DNA of 64,000 bases from Eledone cirrhosa (taxonomy: Eukaryota): the NCBI GenBank assembly GCA_964016885.1, contig OZ024759.1, positions 20,708,001-20,772,000 of the forward strand. The letters run 5' to 3'. Made by a program: the position numbers and the translations under genes. Below are positions 52,001 through 64,000 of the stretch, piece after piece; position 1 is the first letter of the stretch, and the number at the start of each line of letters is the position of its first letter. The notes beneath the pieces are model-generated. The model searched no databases. It saw only the letters and a list, made by a program, of their open reading frames with translations, and had not been told where the DNA came from.

Positions 52001-55000
52001 TCATTCGGTCGGTCATTTGGTTCGGTGCGGTTAGGATCGGCCATTCGGTCGGTCATTCGGTTCGGATAGGGTCGGTCATTCGGTTCGGTTCGCTCATTCG
52101 GTTCGGTTCGGGTCGGTCATTCGGTTCGGTTCGGTCGTTACGTACGGTTCGGCTCGGTTCGGTTCGGGTCGATCATTCGGTCGGTCATTTGGTTCGTTTC
52201 GGTTCGGATCGGTCATTCGGTCGGTCATTCGGTACGGTTCGGTTCCGGTCGATCATTCGGTCGCTCATTTGGTTCGGTGCTGTTCGGATCGGTCATTCGG
52301 TCGGTCATTCGGTTCGGATCGGGTCGGTCATTCGGTTCGGTCGGTCATTCGATCGGTCACTCGGTTCGGGTCGGTCATTCGGTCAGTCATTCGGTTCGGG
52401 TCGGTGAGTCGGTTCGGTTCGGGTCGGTCATTCGGTTCGGTTCGCATCGGTCATTCGGTTCGGTTCGGGTCAGTCATTCGGTTCGGGTCGGTCATTCGGT
52501 TCGGTCATTCGGTCGGTCATTCGGTTCGGTCATTCGGTCGGTCATTCGGTTCGGATCGGCTCGGTCCGGTTCGGGTCGGTCATTCGGTCGGTCATTCGGT
52601 TCGGTTCGGGTCGGTCATTCGGTCGGTCATTCGGTTCGGTTCGGTCGTTCCGCTCCGTTCGGGTCGGTCATTCGGTTCGGCTCGGTTCAGGTCGGTCATT
52701 CGGTTCGGTTCCGGTCGGTCGTTCGGTTCGCATCGGTCATTCGGTTCGGTTCGGGTCGGTCATTCGGTCGGTCATTCGGTTCGGTTCGGTCATTCGGTTC
52801 GGTCATTCGGTCGGTCATTCGGTTCGGTTAGGGTCGGTATTTCGGTCGGTCATTCGGTTCGGGTCGGTCATTCGGTCGGTCATTCGGTTCGGGTCGGTCA
52901 TTCGGTTCGGTTCTGGTCGATCATTCGGTCGGTCATTTGGTTCGGTTCGGATCGGTAATTCGGTCGGTCATTCGGTTCGGATCGGGTCGGTCATTCGGTC
53001 GGTCATTCGGTTCGCTTCGGGTCGGTCATTTGGTTCGGTTCGGCTCGGTCATTCGGCTCGGTTCGGGTCGGAAATTCCGTCGGTCATCCGGTTCGGTTCG
53101 GTTCCGGTCGGTCATTCGGTTCGGTTCGGATCGGTCATTCGGTTCGGCTCGGTTCGGTTCGGGTCGATCATTCGGTCGGTCATTTGGTTCGTTTCGGTTC
53201 GGATCGGTCATTCGGTCGGTCATTCGGTCCGGTTCGGTTCCGGTCGCTCATTCGGTCGGTCATTTGGTTCGGTGCGATTAGGATCGGTCGTTCCGTTCGG
53301 TTCGGTTCGAGTCGGTCATTCGGTCGGCCATTCGGGTCGGTTCGGATCGGTCATTCGATCGGTCACTCGGTTCGGGTCGGTGATTCGGTTCGGCTCGGTC
53401 ATTCGGTTCGGTTCGGCTCGGTCATTCGGTTCGGTTCGGCTCGGTCATTCGGTTCGTTTCGGGTCGCTCATTCGGTTCGGGTCGGTCAGTCGGTTGGTCA
53501 TTCGGTTCGGTCATTCGGTCGGTCATTCGTTTCGGATCGGGTCGGTCATTCGGTCTGTCATTCGGTTCGGTTCGGGTCGGTCATTCGTTCGGTCATTCGG
53601 TTCGGTTCGGGTCGGTCATTCGGTCGGTGATTCGGTTCGGTTCGGGTCGGTCATTCGGTTCGGTCGTTCCGCTCCGTTCGGGTCGGTCATTCGGTTCGGT
53701 TCGGTTCAGGTCGGTCATTCGGTTCGGTTCAGGTCGGTCATTCGGTTCGGTTCCGGTCGGTCGTTCGGTTCGCATCGGTCATTCGGTTCGGTTCGGGTCG
53801 GTCATCGGTTCGGGTCGGTTATTCGGTTCGGTTCCGGTCGATCATTCGGTCGGTCATTCGGTTCGGTTCGGTTCCGGTCGATCATTCGGTCTGTCAGTTG
53901 GTTCGGTTCGGATCGGTCATTCGGTTCGGTTCGGTTCCGGTCGATCATTCGGTTCGGTTCTGCTCGGTCATCGGTTCGGGTCGGTTATTCGGTTCGGTTC
54001 CGGTCGATCATTCGGTCGGTCATTTGGTTCGGTTCGGTTCGGATCGGTCATTCGGTTCGGTTCGGTTCCGGTCGATCATTCGGTCTGTCAGTTGGTTCGG
54101 TTCGGATCGGTCATTCGGTTCGGTTCGGTTCCGGTCGATCATTCGGTTCGGTTCTGCTCGGTCATCGGTTCGGGTCGGTTATTCGGTTCGGTTCCGGTCG
54201 ATCATTCGGTCGGTCATTTGGTTCGGTTCGGTTCGGATCGGTCATTCGGTCGGTCATTCGGTTCGGTTCGGTTCCGGTCGATCATTCGGTTCGGTTCGGA
54301 TCGGTCATTTGGTCGGTCATTCGGTACGGTTCGGTTCCGGTCGGTCATTCGGTTCGGTTCGGATCGGTCATTCGGTTCGGTCGTTACGTACGGTTCGGTT
54401 CGGGTCGATCATTCGGTAGGTCATTTGGTTCGTTTCGGTTCGGATCGGTCATTCGGTCCGGTTCGGTTCCGGTCGATCATTCGGTCGGTCATTTGGTTCG
54501 GTGCGGTTAGGATCGGCCATTCGGTCGGTCATTCGGTTCGGATCGGGTCGGTCATTCGGTTCGGTCGTTCCGTTCGGTTCGTTTCGGGTCGGTCATTCGG
54601 TCGGTCACTCGGTTCGGGTCGGTGATTCGGTTCGGTTCGGTTCGGCTCGGTCATTCGGTTCGGTTCGCTCATTCGGTTCGGGTCGGTCATTCGGTTCGGG
54701 TCGGTGAGTCGGTTCGGGTCGGTCATTCGGTTCGGTTCGCATCGGTCATTCGGTTCGGTTCGGGTCAGTCATTCGATTCGGTTCGGGTCGGTCATTCGGT
54801 CGGTCATTCGGTTCGGCTCGGTCATTCGGTCGTTCCGTACGGTTCGGTTCGGTCATTCTCTCGGTCATTCGGTTCGGCTCGGTTCGTTTCGGGTCGATCA
54901 TTCGGTCGGTCATTTGGTTCGTTTCGGTTCGGATCGGTCATTCGGTCGGTCATTCGGTTCGGTTCGGTTCCGGTCGATTATTCGGATCGGTTCGGGTCGG

Positions 55001-58000
55001 TCATTCGGTTCGGTTCCGGTCGGTCATAAGGTCGGTCATTCGGGTCGGTCATTCGGTCGGCCATTATTCGGTTCGGTTCGACTCGGTCATTCGGTCGGTC
55101 GGTCATTCGGTTATTCATTCATTCGGTCATTCATTCATTCATTCATTTATTCGGTCATTCATTCGTTCATTTATTCGTTCATTCATTCGTTCATTCATTC
55201 GTTCATTCGGTTCGGTCATTCGGTTCGGGTCGGTCATTCGGTTCGGTTCCGGTCTGTCATTCAGTTCGGATCGGTCATTCGGTCGGTCATTCGGTTCCGG
55301 TCTGTCATTCAGTTCGGATCGGTCATTCGGTCGGTCATTCGGTTCGGTTCGGATCTGTCATTCCGTCGGTGATTCGATTCGGATCAGTCATTCGGTCGGA
55401 TCATTCGGTACGGTTCGGATCGGTCATTCGGTCGGTCATTCGGTTCGGATCGGTCATTCGGTCGGTCTTTCGGTTCGGTTCTGGTCGGTCATTCGGTTCG
55501 GTTCGGAAATTCCGTCGGTTATTCGGTTTGGTTCCGGTCGGTCATTCGGTTCGGATCGGTCATTCGGTTCGGGTCGGTCATTCGGTTCCGTTCGGTTCGG
55601 GTCGATCATTCGGTTCGGTTCGGGTCGGAAATTCCGTCGGTTATTCGGTTCGGTTCCGGTCGGTCATTCGGTTCGGATCGGTCATTCGGTTCGGGTCGGT
55701 CATTCGGTTCCGTTCGGGTCTGTCATTCGGTCGGTCATTCGGTTCGGTTCCGGTCGGTCATTCGGTTCTGTTTCGGTCGGTCATTCAGTTCGGTTCGGGT
55801 CGGTCATTCGGCTCGGTTCGGATCTGTCATTCGGTTCCGGTCGGTCATTCGGTTCGGTTCGGTTATTCGGTTCGGGTCGGTCGTTCGGTTCGGGTCGGTC
55901 ATTCGGTTCGTTTCGGGTCGGTCATTCGGTTCGTGTCGGTTATTCGGTTCGGTTCCGGTCGATCATTCTGTCGGTCATTTGGTTCGGTTCGGTTCGGTCA
56001 TTTGGTTCGGTTCGGTTCGGTCATTCGTTTCGGTTCCGGTCGGTCATTCGGTTCGGCGCGGTCAATCGGTCAGTCATTCGGTGCGGCTTGGTCATTCCGT
56101 TCGATTCGGTCGTTCCGTACGGTTCGGTTCGGTCCTTCCCTACTGTTCTGTTCGGCTCGGTCATTCTGGCGGTCATTCGGTTCGGCTCGGTTCGTTTCGG
56201 GTCGATCATTTGGTTCGTTTCGGATCGGTCATTCGGTCCGGTTCGGTTCCGGTCGATCATTCGGTCGGTCATTTGGTTCGGTGCGGTTAGGATCGGCCAT
56301 TCGGTCGGTCATTCGGTTCGGATCGGGTAGGTCATTCGGTTCGGTCGTTCCGTTCGGTTCGTTTCGGGTCGGTCATTCGGTCGGCCATTCGGTTCGGGTC
56401 GGTTCGGATCGGTCATTCGATCGGTCACTCGGTCATTCTGGCGGTCATTCGGTTCGGCTCGATTCGTTTCGGTTCGGTCGATCATTTGGTTCGGTTCGGA
56501 TCGGTCATTCGGTCGGTTATTCGGTTCGGTTCCGGTCGATCATTCGGTCGGTCATTTGGTTCGGTTCGGATCGGTCACTTGGTCGGTCATTCGGTCGGTC
56601 ATTCGGTTCGGTTCGGATCGGTCATTCGTTTCGGTTCGGTCGTTACGTACGGCTCGGTTCGGTTCGGGTCGATCATTCGGTCGGTCATTTGGTTCGTTTC
56701 GGTTCGGATCTGTCATTCGGTCGGTCATTCGGTACGGTTCGGTTCCGGTCGATCATTCGGTCGCTCATTTGGTTCGGTGCTGTTCGGATCGGTCATTCGG
56801 TCGGTCATTCGGTTCGGATCGGGTCGGTCATTCGGTTCGGTCGTTCCGGTCGGTCATTCGATCGGTCACTCGGTTCGGGTCGGTCATTCGGTCAGTCATT
56901 CGGTTCGGGTCGGTGAGTCGGTTCGGTTCGGGTCGGTCATTCGGTTCGGTTCGCATCGGTCATTCGGTTCGGTTCGGGTCAGTCATTCGGCTCGGGTCGG
57001 TCATTCGGTTCGGTCATTCGGTCGGTCATTCGGTTCGGTCATTCGGTCGGTCATTCGGTTCGGATCGGCTCGGTCATTCGGTTCGGGTCGGTCATTCGGT
57101 CGGTCATTCGGTTCGGTTCGGGTCGGTCATTCGGTCGGTCATTCGGTTCGGGTCGGTCATTCGGTCGGTCATTCGGTTCGGGTCGGTCATTCGGTTCGGT
57201 CGTTCCGCTCCGTTCGGGTCGGTCATTCGGTTCGGCTCGGTTCAGGTCGGTCATTCGGTTCGGTTCCGGTCGGTCGTTCGGTTCGCATCGGTCATTTGGT
57301 TCGGTTCGGGTCGGTCATTCGGTCGGTCATTCGGTTCGGTTCGGTCATTCGGTCGGTCATTCGGTTCGGTTAGGGTCGGTATTTCGGTCGGTCATTCGGT
57401 TCGGGTCGGTCATTCGGTTCGGGTCGGTCATTCGGTTCGGTTCTGGTCGATCATTCGGTCGGTCATTTGGTTCGGTTCGGATCGGTCATTCGGTCGGTCA
57501 TTCGGTCGGTCATTCGGTTCGGATCGGGTCGGTCATTCGGTCGGTCATTCGGTTCGCTTCGGGTCGGTCATTTGGTTCGGTCCGGCTCGGTTCGGGTCGG
57601 AAATTCCGTCGGTCATCCGGTTCGGTTCGGTTCCGGTCGGTCATTCGGTTTGGTTCGGATCGGTCATTCGGTTCGGTTCGGGTCGATCATTCGGTCGGTC
57701 ATTTGGTTCGTTTCGGTTCGGATCGGTCATTCGGTCGGTCATTCGGTCCGGTTCGGTTCCGGTCGCTCATTCGGTCGGTCATTTGGTTCGGTGCGATTAG
57801 GATCGGTCATTCGGTCGGTCATTCGGTTCGGTCGTTCCGTTCGGTTCGGTTCGAGTCGGTCATTCGGTCGGCCATTCGGGTCGGTTCGGATCGGTCATTC
57901 GATCGGTCACTCGGTTCGGGTCGGTGATTCGGTTCGGGTCTGTCATTCGGTTCGGTTCGGCTCGGTCATTCGGTTCGTTTCGGGTCGCTCATTCGGTTCG

Positions 58001-61000
58001 GGTCGGTCAGTCGGTTGGTCATTCGGTTCGGTCATTCGGTTCGGTCATTCGGTCGGTCATTCGTTTCGGATCGGGTCGGTCATTCGGTCTGTCATTCGGT
58101 TCGGTTCGGGTCGGTCATTCGGTCGGTCATTCGGTTCGGTTCGGGTCGGTCATTCGGTCGGTGATTCGGTTCGGTTCGGGTCGGTCATTCGGTTCGGTCG
58201 TTCCGCTCCGTTCGGGTCGGTCATTCGGTTCGGTTCGGTTCAGGTCGGTCATTCGGTTCGGTTCGGTTCAGGTCGGTCATTCGGTTCGGTTCCGGTCGGT
58301 CGTTCGGTTCGCATCGGTCATTCGGTTCGGTTCGGGTCGGTCATTCGGTTCGGTTAGGGTCGGTATTTCGGTCGGTCATTCGGTTCGGGTCGGTCATTCG
58401 GTCGGTCATTCGGTTCGGGTCGGTCATTCGGTTCGGTTCCGGTCGATCATTCGGTTCGGTTCTGCTCGGTCATCGGTTCGGGTCGGTTATTCGGTTCGGT
58501 TCCGGTCGATCATTCGGTCGGTCATTTGGTTCGGTTCGGTTCGGATCGGTCATTCGGTTCGGTTCGGTTCCGGTTGATCATTCGGTCTGTCAGTTGGTTC
58601 GGTTCGGATCGGTCATTCGGTTCGGTTCGGTTCCGGTCGATCATTCGGTTCGGATCGGTCATTTGGTCGGTCATTCGGTTCGGTTCGGTTCCGGTCGATC
58701 ATTCGGTCGGTCATTCGGTTCGGTTCGGATCGGTCATTCGGTTCGGTTCGGTCGTTACGTACGGTTCGGTTCGGGTCGATCATTCGGTAGGTCATTTGGT
58801 TCGTTTCGGTTCGGATCGGTCATTCGGTCCGGTTCGGTTCCGGTCGATCATTCGGTCGGTCATTTGGTTCGGTGCGGTTAGGATCGGCCATTCGGTCGGT
58901 CATTCGGTTCGGATCGGGTCGGTCATTCGGTTCGGTCGTTCCGTTCGGTTCGTTTCGGGTCGGTCATTCGGTCGGTCACTCGGTTCGGGTCGGTGATTCG
59001 GTTCGGGTCTGTCATTCGGTTCGGTTCGGCTCGGTCATTCGGTTCGGTTCGCTCATTCGGTTCGGTTCGGGTCGGTCATTCGGTTCGGTTCGGTCGTTAC
59101 GTACGGTTCGGCTCGGTTCGGTTCGGGTCGGTCATTCGGTCGGTCATTCGGTTCGGTTCGGGTCGGTCATTCGGTCGGTCATTCGGTTCGGTTCGGTCGT
59201 TCCGCTCCGTTCGGGTCGGTCATTCGGTTCGGCTCGGTTCAGGTCGGTCATTCGGTTCGGTTCCGGTCGGTCGTTCGGTTCGCATCGGTCATTCGGTTCG
59301 GTTCGGGTCGGTCATTCGGTCGGTCATTCGGTTCGGTTCGGTCATTCGGTTCGGTCATTCGGTCGGTCATTCGGTTCGGTTAGGGTCGGTATTTCGGTCG
59401 GTCATTCGGTTCGGGTCGGTCATTCGGTCGGTCATTCGGTTCGGGTCGGTCATTCGGTTCGGTTCTGGTCGATCATTCGGTCGGTCATTTGGTTCGGTTC
59501 GGATCGGTCATTCGGTCGGTCATTCGGTTCGGATCGGGTCGGTCATTCGGTCGGTCATTCGGTTCGCTTCGGGTCGGTCATTTGGTTCGGTTCGGCTCGG
59601 TCATTCGGCTCGGTTCGGGTCGGAAATTCCGTCGGTCATCCGGTTCGGTTCGGTTCCGGTCGGTCATTCGGTTCGGTTCGGATCGGTCATTCGGTTCGGC
59701 TCGGTTCGGTTCGGGTCGATCATTCGGTCGGTCATTTGGTTCGTTTCGGTTCGGATCGGTCATTCGGTCGGTCATTCGGTCCGGTTCGGTTCCGGTCGCT
59801 CATTCGGTCGGTCATTTCGTTCGGTGCGATTAGGATCGGTCGTTCCGTTCGGTTCGGTTCGAGTCGGTCATTCGATCGGTCACTCGGTTCGGGTCGGTGA
59901 TTCGGTTCGGGTCTGTCATTCGGTTCGGTTCGGCTCGGTCATTCGGTTCGGTTCGGCTCGGTCATTCGGTTCGTTTCGGGTCGCTCATTCGGTTCGGGTC
60001 GGTCAGTCGGTTGGTCATTCGGTTCGGTCATTCGGTTCGGTCATTCGGTTCGGTCATTCGGTCGGTCATTCGTTTCGGATCGGGTCGGTCATTCGGTCTG
60101 TCATTCGGTTCGGTTCGGGTCGGTCATTCGGTCGGTCATTCGGTTCGGTTCGGGTCGGTCATTCGGTCGGTGATTCGGTTCGGTTCGGGTCGGTCATTCG
60201 GTTCGGTCGTTCCGCTCCGTTCGGGTCGGTCATTCGGTTCGGTTCGGTTCAGGTCGGTCATTCGGTTCGGTTCAGGTCGGTCATTCGGTTCGGTTCCGGT
60301 CGGTCGTTCGGTTCGCATCGGTCATTCGGTTCGGTTCGGTTCGGGTCGGTCATCGGTTCGGGTCGGTTATTCGGTTCGGTTCCGGTCGATCATTCGGTCG
60401 GTCATTTGGTTCGGTTCGGTTCGGATCGGTCATTCGGTCGGTCATTCGGTTCGGTTCCGTTCCGGTCGATCATTCGGTCTGTCAGTTGGTTCGGTTCGGA
60501 TCGGTCATTCGGTTCGGTTCGGTTCCGGTCGATCATTCGGTTCGGTTCTGCTCGGTCATCGGTTCGGGTCGGTTATTCGGTTCGGTTCCGGTCGATCATT
60601 CGGTCGGTCATTTGGTTCGGTTCGGTTCGGATCGGTCATTCGGTCGGTCATTCGGTTCGGTTCGGTTCCGGTCGATCATTCGGTCTGTCAGTTGGTTCGG
60701 TTCGGATCGGTCATTCGGTTCGGTTCGGTTCCGGTCGATCATTCGGTTCGGTTCTGCTCGGTCATCGGTTCGGGTCGGTTATTCGGTTCGGTTCCGGTCG
60801 ATCATTCGGTCGGTCATTTGGTTCGGTTCGGTTCGGATAGGTCATTCGGTCGGTCATTCGGTTCGGTTCGGTTCCGGTCGATCATTCGGTTCGGTTCGGA
60901 TCGGTCATTTGGTCGGTCATTCGGTACGGTTCGGTTCCGGTCGGTCATTCGGTTCGGTTCGGATCGGTCATTCGGTTCGGTCGTTACGTACGGTTCGGTT

Positions 61001-64000
61001 CGGGTCGATCATTCGGTAGGTCATTTGGTTCGTTTCGGTTCGGATCGGTCATTCGGTCCGGTTCGGTTCCGGTCGATCATTCGGTCGGTCATTTGGTTCG
61101 GTGCGGTTAGGATCGGCCATTCGGTCGGTCATTCGGTTCGGATAGGGTCGGTCATTCGGTTCGGTTCGCTCATTCGGTTCGGTTCGGGTCGGTCATTCGG
61201 TTCGGTTCGGTCGTTACGTACGGTTCGGCTCGGTTCGGTTCGGGTCGATCATTCGGTCGGTCATTTGGTTCGTTTCGGTTCGGATCGGTCATTCGGTCGG
61301 TCATTCGGTACGGTTCGGTTCCGGTCGATCATTCGGTCGCTCATTTGGTTCGGTGCTGTTCGGATCGGTCATTCGGTCGGTCATTCGGTTCGGATCGGGT
61401 CGGTCATTCGGTTCGGTCGGTCATTCGATCGGTCACTCGGTTCGGGTCGGTCATTCGGTCAGTCATTCGGTTCGGGTCGGTGAGTCGGTTCGGTTCGGGT
61501 CGGTCATTCGGTTCGGTTCGCATCGGTCATTCGGTTCGGTTCGGGTCAGTCATTCGGTTCGGGTCGGTCATTCGGTTCGGTCATTCGGTCGGTCATTCGG
61601 TTCGGTCATTCGGTCGGTCATTCGGTTCGGATCGGCTCGGTCCGGTTCGGGTCGGTCATTCGGTCGGTCATTCGGTTCGGTTCGGGTCGGTCATTCGGTC
61701 GGTCATTCGGTTCGGTTCGGTCGTTCCGCTCCGTTCGGGTCGGTCATTCGGTTCGGCTCGGTTCAGGTCGGTCATTCGGTTCGGTTCCGGTCGGTCGTTC
61801 GGTTCGCATCGGTCATTCGGTTCGGTTCGGGTCGGTCATTCGGTCGGTCATTCGGTTCGGTTCGGTCATTCGGTTCGGTCATTCGGTCGGTCATTCGGTT
61901 CGGTTAGGGTCGGTATTTCGGTCGGTCATTCGGTTCGGGTCGGTCATTCGGTCGGTCATTCGGTTCGGGTCGGTCATTCGGTTCGGTTCTGGTCGATCAT
62001 TCGGTCGGTCATTTGGTTCGGTTCGGATCGGTAATTCGGTCGGTCATTCGGTTCGGATCGGGTCGGTCATTCGGTCGGTCATTCGGTTCGCTTCGGGTCG
62101 GTCATTTGGTTCGGTTCGGCTCGGTCATTCGGCTCGGTTCGGGTCGGAAATTCCGTCGGTCATCCGGTTCGGTTCGGTTCCGGTCGGTCATTCGGTTCGG
62201 TTCGGATCGGTCATTCGGTTCGGCTCGGTTCGGTTCGGGTCGATCATTCGGTCGGTCATTTGGTTCGTTTCGGTTCGGATCGGTCATTCGGTCGGTCATT
62301 CGGTCCGGTTCGGTTCCGGTCGCTCATTCGGTCGGTCATTTGGTTCGGTGCGATTAGGATCGGTCGTTCCGTTCGGTTCGGTTCGAGTCGGTCATTCGGT
62401 CGGCCATTCGGGTCGGTTCGGATCGGTCATTCGATCGGTCACTCGGTTCGGGTCGGTGATTCGGTTCGGCTCGGTCATTCGGTTCGGTTCGGCTCGGTCA
62501 TTCGGTTCGGTTCGGCTCGGTCATTCGGTTCGTTTCGGGTCGCTCATTCGGTTCGGGTCGGTCAGTCGGTTGGTCATTCGGTTCGGTCATTCGGTCGGTC
62601 ATTCGTTTCGGATCGGGTCGGTCATTCGGTCTGTCATTCGGTTCGGTTCGGGTCGGTCATTCGTTCGGTCATTCGGTTCGGTTCGGGTCGGTCATTCGGT
62701 CGGTGATTCGGTTCGGTTCGGGTCGGTCATTCGGTTCGGTCGTTCCGCTCCGTTCGGGTCGGTCATTCGGTTCGGTTCGGTTCAGGTCGGTCATTCGGTT
62801 CGGTTCAGGTCGGTCATTCGGTTCGGTTCCGGTCGGTCGTTCGGTTCGCATCGGTCATTCGGTTCGGTTCGGGTCGGTCATCGGTTCGGGTCGGTTATTC
62901 GGTTCGGTTCCGGTCGATCATTCGGTCGGTCATTCGGTTCGGTTCGGTTCCGGTCGATCATTCGGTCTGTCAGTTGGTTCGGTTCGGATCGGTCATTCGG
63001 TTCGGTTCGGTTCCGGTCGATCATTCGGTTCGGTTCTGCTCGGTCATCGGTTCGGGTCGGTTATTCGGTTCGGTTCCGGTCGATCATTCGGTCGGTCATT
63101 TGGTTCGGTTCGGTTCGGATCGGTCATTCGGTCGGTCATTCGGTTCGGTTCGGTTCCGGTCGATCATTCGGTCTGTCAGTTGGTTCGGTTCGGATCGGTC
63201 ATTCGGTTCGGTTCGGTTCCGGTCGATCATTCGGTTCGGTTCTGCTCGGTCATCGGTTCGGGTCGGTTATTCGGTTCGGTTCCGGTCGATCATTCGGTCG
63301 GTCATTTGGTTCGGTTCGGTTCGGATCGGTCATTCGGTCGGTCATTCGGTTCGGTTCGGTTCCGGTCGATCATTCGGTTCGGTTCGGATCGGTCATTTGG
63401 TCGGTCATTCGGTACGGTTCGGTTCCGGTCGGTCATTCGGTTCGGTTCGGATCGGTCATTCGGTTCGGTCGTTACGTACGGTTCGGTTCGGGTCGATCAT
63501 TCGGTAGGTCATTTGGTTCGTTTCGGTTCGGATCGGTCATTCGGTCCGGTTCGGTTCCGGTCGATCATTCGGTCGGTCATTTGGTTCGGTGCGGTTAGGA
63601 TCGGCCATTCGGTCGGTCATTCGGTTCGGATCGGGTCGGTCATTCGGTTCGGTCGTTCCGTTCGGTTCGTTTCGGGTCGGTCATTCGGTCGGTCACTCGG
63701 TTCGGGTCGGTGATTCGGTTCGGTTCGGTTCGGCTCGGTCATTCGGTTCGGTTCGCTCATTCGGTTCGGGTCGGTCATTCGGTTCGGGTCGGTGAGTCGG
63801 TTCGGGTCGGTCATTCGGTTCGGTTCGCATCGGTCATTCGGTTCGGTTCGGGTCAGTCATTCGATTCGGTTCGGGTCGGTCATTCGGTCGGTCATTCGGT
63901 TCGGCTCGGTCATTCGGTCGTTCCGTACGGTTCGGTTCGGTCATTCTCTCGGTCATTCGGTTCGGCTCGGTTCGTTTCGGGTCGATCATTCGGTCGGTCA
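40013..64000 (+). repeat. CpG-rich complex satellite (TTCGG / GGTC / CATT words) with a ~9.08-kb higher-order repeat; runs off the window
   Basis: Continuous TTCGGTTCGGGTCGGTCATTCGG-type sequence; rare variants recur at 9034-9088 bp offsets. Confidence 0.97.

Noticed and set aside
39846-63814. Long RSVIRFGS-repeat ORFs (up to 1221 aa) as SR-like proteins
   Set aside because: They are open in all three plus frames simply because the strand lacks A, so stops are rare; indels ignore frame.
40013-64000. Array of nuclear-receptor half-sites (GGTCA)
   Set aside because: Almost all are CGGTCA rather than RGGTCA; a by-product of the repeat words.

Overview
Eukaryotic, repeat-dominated, essentially non-coding window; the SINE families and (TA)n/(CA)n richness suggest an octopus/cephalopod genome (inference). 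Bases 1-39.9 kb are AT-rich and hold microsatellites, minisatellites (123, ~44, 31, 43/59, ~16 and 94 bp units) and several tRNA-derived SINE families, one of which forms tandem arrays. They also hold decayed RTE, R4/Dong-like and Tx1-like LINE fragments, a piggyBac-like MITE, and many short Penelope-like fragments that carry hammerhead-ribozyme motifs and form inverted repeats around (TA)n tracts. One apparently complete type I hammerhead lies at 37813-37904 (minus strand). From ~40 kb to the window end (>24 kb) runs a CpG-dense, A-poor complex satellite built from TTCGG/GGTC/CATT words, with a near-exact ~9.08-kb higher-order duplication. All long ORFs in the ORF track are repeat artefacts. 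Only a few weakly supported micro-exon candidates were seen, including a possible GPI-signal-like C-terminus at 17.0-17.3 kb.
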